From: Octopus vulgaris
Lineage: Eukaryota
Assembly (NCBI GenBank): GCA_951406725.2
Contig: OX597832.1
Coordinates: 14,942,001 to 15,006,000, forward strand
Reading direction: 5' to 3'
Length of the DNA stretch: 64,000 nucleotides
Shown: positions 55,045-64,000 of the stretch, one piece after another
Position numbering within the stretch: position 1 is the stretch's first letter
Layout: the number at the start of each line of letters is the position of its first letter
Notes under the pieces: generated by a model
Told to the model about the DNA's origin: nothing
The model's database searches: none
What the model saw: the letters and a program-made list of their open reading frames with translations, nothing else
Position numbers and translations under genes: made by a program

Positions 55045-55184
55045 ATAGTTATAATAATAGTTATCGCCATACTAATATGGCATTCTTATGAAAATAAGAA
55101 TAAAGATGTCCGCTCATTAGCTCCATGAGGCCATCGCCTTAAGTTTTAGAGAGACTTAGTAATTTTAATATTTCTATATACATA

Positions 55185-55274
<90 letters not shown>

Positions 55275-55835
55275 ATATCATATCCACAGGCACTCGCACT
55301 GACACGCACACACATCGAGACACATATATTTAAATAATACTCGAACGCACACTTATATTTAAGTGTGAACAGACGTACACTCATATCGCTTACTAGGAAA
55401 GAAATGGTGGAGGGAAGCAACATACAATTAATTAGATCAATCGTCATTGTACCAAACGGTTATCTTGAAATGAACTTGATATAAATTAATGAAATTTGCT
55501 TCACCGGAAAAATATTCCAGTTATATTGAGCTGTAATAAAGAAAATGTGTAGAATCTAAAAATGAAGTAAGAATTGAGGTTTAAGATTCGGATCGCTATG
55601 CTTTTCCTGTGATTTCGAATAAAACCCTAAAACATCTGTTGTTACAAAAGACCGAATTGTCTTCGAGCACAAATCAAATTATTTATATAATGCAAGGTGT
55701 TATCATATCCGTCTGTCACCACTCGTACAATGCCACTGCATGCAATCACTTCTACTCGACATATATATCCACAGCACTGTAACTTGGTCATTGTCAAAGG
55801 AACCTGTAGTTGTCATTTAACTTCTCTTTTAATAT

Positions 55836-56196
55836 TTTACATGTTTCAGTCATGTGACTGTGGCTATGCTGGAGTACCGTCTTTATTCGAGCAAATCGAC
55901 CCCAGGAATTATTCTTTGTAAACATAGCACTAACTCTATCGGTCTATCTTCCCGAACCGCTAAGTTACGGGGACAGAAATACATCAGTATCGGTTATGAA
56001 GCGAAGTTGGTGTGGGGACAAACACAGACACACAAACACACGCACACATATACGACGGGCTTCTTTCAGTTTCCGTCTACCAAATCAAAACACAAGGCTT
56101 TGGTCAGCCCGATGCTGTAGTTGAAGACACATATCCAAGATGCCACGCAGTGGCACTGAACCCATAACCATGTTAATTACAACACAACCACTCTTA
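55836..56196 (-). mobile_element. SINE family B
   Basis: Family tail, body and partly deleted head. Confidence 0.85.
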
Positions 56197-56206
56197 TTTA
56201 AATATA

Positions 56207-56528
56207 TATTTCTTTACTACCCACAAGGGGCTAAACATAGAGGGACAAACATGGACAGACAAAGGAATTAAGTAGATTACATCGACCCCAGTGCGAAACT
56301 GGTACTTTATTTATCGACCCAGAAAGGATGAAAGGCAAAGTCGACCTCGGCGGAATTTGAACTCAGAACGTAACGGCAGACGAAATACGGCTACGTATTT
56401 CGCCTGGCGTGTTAACGTTTCAGCCAGCTCGCCGCCTTCAGCCAGCTCGCCGCCTTCAGCCAGCTCGCCGCCTTCAGCCAGCTCGCCGCCTTCAGCCAGC
56501 TCGCCGCCTTCAGCCAGCTCGCCGCCTA
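56207..56528 (-). mobile_element. Full-length SINE family A with six copies of its 5'-terminal 18-mer and a 17-bp TSD
   Basis: CAGCCAGCTCGCCGCCTT x6 at 56421-56527. TSD ACTCTTATT(T/C)AAATATA at 56190-56206 and 56529-56545. Confidence 0.92.
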
Positions 56529-57142
56529 ACTCTTATTCAAATATAGCTTAGATTTGTCCCCCAACAGTGGAATTTGAACTGTATGAATATAATTTATTTT
56601 CATCGTTGATTCGTATCTGGCTGCTGCAGTTTCTGAAACAATCCCCATTAAACAATCAATTTTTAAAAAAAATCAAACAACTTCAGAGTATATAGAATTT
56701 ATGTCGTCAGTGATACATAGACATTTATGAATTTATCTCATTCACCTGGATATTTATATCATTCAGCTGAATATAATTGTGATGGAGGCTGAGTCATAGA
56801 GCAATGGTCCATAATGCAAAGCTCCGACTACAGTTATCTTAGGCACTTTTATGTCGGCAAAAATGTATGCCCACTACAAAAGGAAGGCCTATTTTCCTCA
56901 TTCGAGTTAATCACATGACAGAAAGTAAACCGAATCCTCGCTTGCCAGTGTCAACATTTCCAATTAAATATACAATCATATGTATACACACACACACACA
57001 AACAGACACATACACTCACACACTCAAACACACACGCACACATACACTTACAAACGTACACACACACTCTGTAACACACAGACACACATATACACACGCC
57101 GACACGGCACATACACATATATTAATATGTATGTATTAACGA

Positions 57143-57192
<50 letters not shown>

Positions 57193-57639
57193 TCACACGA
57201 ATACAACTTTTATGTAAATACCTTTAAATGTGTGTGTGTGTATGTGTGTGTGTGTGTGTGTTATATGCACGTATGCGTGTTTGGTGTGTGTGTGTGTGTG
57301 TATGTATCTATTCATATACGTATATGTATATACATAAGCGCCGGCTTCTCTGTGCATGAATGTAGCCACGGAAAAACAGAATTTCGGATGGAATGCCGTT
57401 TTACATTCTCTGGTGTTTAAAGGACTACAAACATAGAAAATGTTTCTTACTCCCCGAGGAATATGTTCTGTAGATGTGTCAATATATCTCATCCCAAAGT
57501 TATGCTAATTCGACATTTACACTTTTGCCAATAAAAGTGTTATATTCTTCTCTGTATTTGTTTCTTTTTTTTACTGGACGGCCAATGTTTTCCCGAAAAT
57601 GAAACTCTGAAGAAGATTAAGTGTATATATATATATACT

Positions 57640-57677
<38 letters not shown>

Positions 57678-57847
57678 TTTGATTGAGTATGCGTGTGTGT
57701 AGTTATATATATACACACAGGCACACACACACACACATATATATATGTATATATATATATCATAAACATATTTATATATATACATATATAGGTGTATATA
57801 TATATATATGTAGGGGGTATGCATATATACATATATATATACATATG

Positions 57848-57958
<111 letters not shown>

Positions 57959-59207
57959 GGGAGAGGAGAGAGAAAAGGAGAGGGAGAGAGAGAGAGGAAT
58001 AATTTGGAAACAAGGGAGATTTCTAACAAGCAGTAATGAAATGTATCGATGCTTGCTGCAATGCCCCGAAGTAATCTCAGCATACATATTAATGTTTGAA
58101 TCAGTTATATGAATGACCATTGAGGGTTTCTTTTTTCTTGTATTATAATCTGCAGTTCTACAGACCCAACTACTTGTAAGAGAGAAATATACGCCTCGAA
58201 GGGAAATTTTGCTGGTAATCCTAGCAGATGACTTTATGGTGACTTTGGAATAACATTTGAGTGTGTTTGTGTGTGTTATTTTATCGGTCGTTTAGATGTG
58301 TTTTTGCATGTGTATTTCTTTAACCATAAGCTGTCATTATCACTGTACTTGGAGGGATTGATCGTCACAATTTCACATTCTTTTTGTAATTTTTAGTACA
58401 TTCTTTTAATGCAGTTTCAAGGTTATCAATTTCGGTAATTAAATCACTTTTATCTCGATCTCTTCTGAGATTTCTTCTTACTTTTTATACCATAAATAGT
58501 TTTCCGTTAGTTAAATTACGCATATCATGTTCGCAGCAATACATAATAGATCGAACTCCCTTCATAAAGAATGCTTGCCTTAAATGTATTCATGAATGGT
58601 AAATCGAATTAACTATAATACTCTTTCGTCGAGAATTTGTTTTCTACTGAAAAAAATATACATACAAATAAGAGCTAGTGTCTTCGAGCTCATTTAACGA
58701 AAATTGATTTCCGTTCAACAGAGATGAAATAGCATAATATTATAGAAATTCCGATGGTGTCACATTAGAATACATGAGATTCCATCAATGTTCTAGTGAG
58801 AGTGTGCAAATCATTCAGAGATTCTATCATTTCCACTAATTTTTACTGCTTCCAGATAGACAATAAATTATTTTCCAAATATTATGTAAAAGCTATGATT
58901 ATAATCCTGTTTGGACTAACAGAATTAAAAGCAATCGGAAATAGATCGTTTTCTTCGATTTGCACCCATTTCCTTTAACAATAAAGTGAGCGGAATTTGG
59001 AATGTAAAGAATCGATATATCAATCTGTTACGGTGGATGTTTTTTAACCGAGTGAAGCAATTTTCTAACAGCTTGAGACTTTATTAATAACGATAATAGG
59101 TTTTTATGCATACCCGTAACTCTACAATCTTCTGCGCAGATAGAATGCTAGCCATCTCTTTTTAAGGTATGTTTGCATGATTATATGTGTGCATGTGTAT
59201 GTGTGTG

Positions 59208-59266
<59 letters not shown>

Positions 59267-59414
59267 GTGTGTGTGTGTGTGTGTGTTTATATCCTAAGAA
59301 TATGTGCCTGCATCTGTCTTTATACACACGCATACATATATATTCAGAGAGAGAGAGTCATAGAGAGAAAAAGATTCGAATACCTATATAAGTGTATGTA
59401 TATATATATATATA

Positions 59415-59463
59415 TGATTGATTGATTGATTGATTCCAGTTCCAGCCTATGAGCTGTGGCCAT
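59415..59463 (-). mobile_element. Tail-only CR1/L2-type retroposon fragment in (TA)n
   Basis: (TGAT)n-TCCAGTTCCAGCCTATGAGCTGTGGCCAT, the reverse complement of the fragment at 10419. Confidence 0.7.
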
Positions 59464-60282
59464 ATATATAAAGATAGGTGAGTGTACATGCGTGTTCGAG
59501 CGTATCGGTATATATTTATGCCTATGTAAGAGTTTGGGATCACAAGTATTTTTTGTCACCTATAGGCATACATTCACAAATATCTATATACCTATACTGC
59601 AGATTTTCGCATATAAAAGAAAAAAGTGTTCTTAGACATGTTTAAATCCGATCAACGAGAATACTTCCTAATCATCAAATACATCTTTAAAAGATTATGT
59701 TGATCATGTGCTAAGGTGGTGAAATCCAATTTCTTGAAGCTATGGACACACTTCAATTGCTTTCTTTCTTCTCATAGGGTCCTAATGATAAAGTCTGGGA
59801 AGTTTAACAGGTGTTCTGTATATGCGGAATACATATACTTTCGAGGCACTCGATATGAATGCCAGCAATAGGATTGGGCGGAAATAATATCGGGGCGATA
59901 TATAAAGTAAATATTCAGATAATTTTTTGTCAAGCCAATAATGCAGCCAACAGAATTAGTTTTATACCTTAAGATGTTTACAGATTGTTCTTGGAATGAT
60001 TCTTTTCATTTCCTAATTATAAAATATCCATTTCTTTATCTTCTTTGATGGTACAACACTTTTTGCTGTTATGTAATTTGAAATAAGCTTACTGTACCTT
60101 TCATTTTAGTAATTGCATGCAGCTTTTCAATGAGTTACAGTGTTTCAACATATGATAAATCTTTGGTGAGATATCTATGCTATAGTGATTCTGTATACAG
60201 GACTGAACAAGAGGGACATGCCTTCAGCCTTATTGATGGTTTCAATGAATTTGTGCCACAGCATATTTATTTTATATATACT

Positions 60283-60689
60283 CTTTACTCTCTTTTTACT
60301 TGTTTCACTCATTTGACTGCGGCCATGCTTGAGCGCTGCCTTTAGTCGAGCAAATAGACTCCAGGACTTATTTGTTGTAAGCCTAGTTCTTATTCTATCG
60401 GTCTCCTTGCCGAACCGCTAAGTTACGATGACTTAAACACACCAGCGTCGGTTATCAAGCGATGTTGGAGGGACAAACACAGACACACAAATATACACAC
60501 ACACGTACATATATATATATATATATGGCGGACTTCTTTCAGGTTTCGCCTACCAAATCCACTCATAAATCTTTGGTCAGCCCGAGGCCTCAGTAGAAGA
60601 CACTTGCCCAAGGTGCCACGCAGTAGGACTGAGCGCGGAATTATGTGGTTGGTAAGCAAGCTACTTACCACACAGCAACTCCTGCGCCT
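60283..60689 (-). mobile_element. SINE family B, full length
   Basis: Complete head (GGCGCAGGAGTTGCTGTGTGGTAAG), body and tail. Confidence 0.92.
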
Positions 60690-61143
60690 ATATACTGATT
60701 TTGTCTGCATATTGATAACTCCGTTGCGCCGACAGATTCTAAAATACAGTCAAACGTTTACTGTAATGATTTGTATTTTTCTAAAAGTACATTCCAATCT
60801 GATTATATACGTGCATCCATACAAGGATTATCATCGGATATTCAATTGAACGCTTCTTAATTATGTATAAGAATGGATTACTGATAATTAGTATTGAATG
60901 TTCAGTGTTTCAATTTGTATTCGATATAATTACATTTCGTTGAAATCACGTTAAGAAGGTATGAAAATTCTGTGATTAGCTTAGTGAAAGTATGTCGATA
61001 GAGTTGCGCAACAAAGATATCTCTGAGAATTAGAAAAAACATTTAACATGTGAGTGTCTTAGAATATTAACGTGCAGTTCGGTAATCTTCTCGCTCGCCA
61101 TTTCCGTCAAGGCACAAGTAAACGCGTTTATATAGTTGAAAAT

Positions 61144-61377
61144 CATTAATGGTCTGACAGGCATATTTCGGTCATATTATGCGGAGAAAATCCCTGGAGA
61201 AGGACATCATGCTCGGAATGGTCAGTGGCAAGAGGGGAAGAGACCGATCCAGAACCCGCTGGCTTGACACCATCAAGAGGGATACCTGAAAGAAGCGGCC
61301 CAGGGTAGAACTGACTGGAGGACAGTCATCCAACGAGTGGCCGAGAGTCGACTTGGACTGAATGGATAGATAGATAA
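61144..61377 (+). mobile_element. RTE (BovB-like) LINE 3' end
   Basis: AYFGHIMRRKSLEKDIMLGMVSGKRGRDRSRTRWLDTIK...LKEAAQGRTDWRTVIQRVAESRLGLNG*, ending in (TAGA)n. Possible imperfect TSD ATAGT(T)GAAAA. Confidence 0.9.
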
Positions 61378-61959
61378 AACATAGTGAAAAATGTTTATGT
61401 AGTACAACACAAACTATTGAATAATATTGTCATCTGTTCGTATCGATACATCGATTAGAAGGCATTTTCTTTCTTGATGATCTCTGACAACTATATCAGG
61501 CCTTAATTTATCTATCTGTTTGTATCGGCATATCCAAGATTATGTTTGACTTTTCATTAGTTGTGACCTTTTCGTGCGTGGTCATATACTATGTTATTTC
61601 TATTCTTATTCCTTAGTGTTGTCATAACATCCAGTGTACTTATATCCCAACACTGCCATGTCTGTGAATATATTACTTCTTAACCAGGATTGGGCAGCTA
61701 AGGACAATACGATTTATTGTTTCTTCTCCATCAACAAATATTCTACAGTTACTTGTACCTGTATACATATCTGTTTTTGTTGATTTCTCGTGTGAAGACT
61801 TTGATCTTGTGCTACAATTGAAAAGTATTCATTCTCTGCTTTGAACCCCAATCTTCTCAGACATTGTTAGGATTTTGGCTTGTTGAATTATTTTCCGTTT
61901 AGCTTATTGTTATTTTTATTATAATTGTTGTTGTTGTTTTTGTTATTGTTGATATTGTT

Positions 61960-62930
61960 ATTCTGAAGGACACGGATTGTTTTTAATTACCGGTTATTCT
62001 TTACTTTAAATCAGGCTATAACAAATCAGTAAATGTTTTAAGTAATCATTTCTCCCGTGACTCAAAGCGAGAATCAATACTCTCCTTAGAATGGCTGCTT
62101 ACACAACAATGTAGTTTTCTGCTTCACTTTGAGCATGACAACATCCCAATAGTCTTAATATGTTTTTCAAAGCCGTGGGAAACTGCTACTTATGCACCAG
62201 TCACCACCGGCATCACAATTAATTTCTTCATGCTCCATAACCTTCCTACATAGTCCTACAGTGACTGTTATTTCTAACAATATGGCTTATACGTTCTCCC
62301 TCCTCAGAGCACATCCTACACTGTAATGAGTCAGTGCTTTTATCAATGTGATTTTCGGAGTAGCTTGTTCTGAGAGCTTGTTCCTGAGCTCTGCACACTG
62401 ATGCCCCAGTGGGCCCTTTTAAGTCTCCTTTCGGCAGCCATTTCCACGTTCTATTCCAATCAATTTTATCGTTATTCTTCCAGAATTGATTGTGCATTTT
62501 GTTCTGCCAAAATTGCTTCATCTGCACTCTCTGATCTTTTTTAAAATGTGTTGTGTCAAAGGCTTCGTTCACATTTAAGTTCCCTGCATTTTCACTGCTT
62601 CACTTATTTCTTCTTTACTTCCTTTGGTACACCAAGCCTGGCCATTCTCCTCAACCTTACACAAACTTCAAAACAGGCCAATCTCCGTCCTCCGTCTTTC
62701 CTCTTTGCATACAATCTTGACACTTCACATTTGGGGTGTAGTCTCATTAGTTCATTCTCATTAATTCACCTGTCCTCTGGTTTATCTCTTGTAATGCATA
62801 CTTCTTCCAAGATACTATTCTTGTCCCATATCTCATCAATGCAACCGATCACCTGTTAACTGCCCTAATCTTATATCGGCCATTTAGCTTGGAATAGAGC
62901 ACAAGGTGAGTTCTCAAATACTGTTTCTTG
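61960..62930 (-). mobile_element. R4/Dong-type non-LTR retrotransposon fragment (post-RT region, CCHC finger, partial RLE)
   Basis: VLYSKLNGRYKIRAVN...MRYG...; WKWLPKGDLK...AQEQALRTSY...CRMCSEEGERISHIV; then, after an internal deletion, RLWSMKKLIVMPVVTGA. Flanked by (CTA)n and TTG/TTA repeats. Confidence 0.9.
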
Positions 62931-62934
62931 TACA

Positions 62935-62946
62935 ATACTACTACTG

Positions 62947-63033
<87 letters not shown>

Positions 63034-63072
63034 ACACTACTACTATTACTAATACTACGACTACTACTAACA
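62935..63072. repeat. (CTA)n microsatellite
   Basis: Directly visible. Confidence 0.95.
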
Positions 63073-63096
63073 ATATTAATACTAAAAATATTTATA

Positions 63097-63525
63097 GGCG
63101 CAGGAGTGGCTGTGTGGTAAGTAGCTTGCTAACCAACCACATGGTCCCGGGCTCAGTCCCACTGCGTGGCATCTTGGGCAAGTGCCTTCTGCTATAGCCT
63201 CGGGCCTACCAATGCCTTGTGAGTGGATTTGGTAGACGGAAACTGAAAGAAGCCTGTCGTATATATGTATATATATATATATATATGTGTGTGTGTATGT
63301 GTGTGTGTATGTCTGTGTTTGTCCCCCTAGCATTGCTTGACAACAGATGCTGGTGTGTTTACGTCCCCGTCACTTAGCGGTTCGGCAAAAGAGACCGATA
63401 GAATAAGTACTGGGCTTACAAAGAATAAGTCCCGGGGTCGATCTGCTCGACTAAAGGCGGTGCTTCAGCATGGCCGCAGTCAAATGACTAAAACAAGTAA
63501 AAGAAAAAAAGAAAAAAAAAGAAAA
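63097..63525 (+). mobile_element. SINE family B, full length, young-looking
   Basis: GGCGCAGGAGTGGCTGTGTGGTAAG head through GGCCGCAGTCAAATGACTAAAACAAGTAAAAGA tail. Confidence 0.92.
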
Positions 63526-63527
63526 AT

Positions 63528-63543
63528 ATCATCATCATCATCA

Positions 63544-63605
<62 letters not shown>

Positions 63606-63795
63606 GTTATTAATGTTATAATTTTTATTATTATTATTTTATTTTTATTATTATCATTATTATATATTATTATAATATTATTATTATAATTATTATTATT
63701 ATATTATTATTATTAATATTATTATTATTATTATTATTATATTATTATTATTATAATTATTATTGTTATTATTATTATCATTATTATTATTATTG
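63528..63795. repeat. (ATC)n/(ATT)n compound microsatellite
   Basis: Directly visible. Confidence 0.95.
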
Positions 63796-64000
63796 TTCTG
63801 ATATTAAGATTAGGAAAACCTCCCTTGTTTGTACCATATTTTCTACCATAGTTTGTATCCCCTAAGCAAACTTCATTGCCGAGTCCACTGGACAATCACT
63901 GGAAAGAATGCAATCGTATGTAACTCACTGACTGAAACCATTAGAATGTAGTTTAAGTTTTCAAATTTCATTTTTTAAAGACAAATTCCATGAAGTCAAA

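Noticed and set aside
56421-56527. CRISPR-like or SASSPP protein repeat
   Set aside because: There are no spacers, and the unit is the SINE 5' end.

Overview
AT-rich, microsatellite-dense eukaryotic DNA. The SINE families and repeat style suggest an Octopus (coleoid cephalopod) genome; this is inferred from recognition, not from a search. Almost all ORFs in the supplied track are translated microsatellites. The only credible host-gene piece is a minus-strand exon at 3204-2917 with good splice sites, which looks like a first coding exon. The rest is intron or intergenic DNA filled with decayed mobile elements: three tRNA-headed SINE families, Penelope-like elements (PLEs), R4/Dong, CR1/L2 and RTE LINEs, mariner and maT transposons, Gypsy relics, a non-autonomous Helitron, a small MITE and a foldback element. 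Most notable is a PLE insertion bounded by a target-site duplication (TSD) at 27101-27578. Its terminal region joins a tRNA-like Pol III head, an (AAT)n spacer and a minimal hammerhead ribozyme. A second copy at 4951-5292 keeps the catalytic core and is partly inverted. One SINE family also appears as TSD-bounded multimers, and twice sits directly upstream of other SINE heads.
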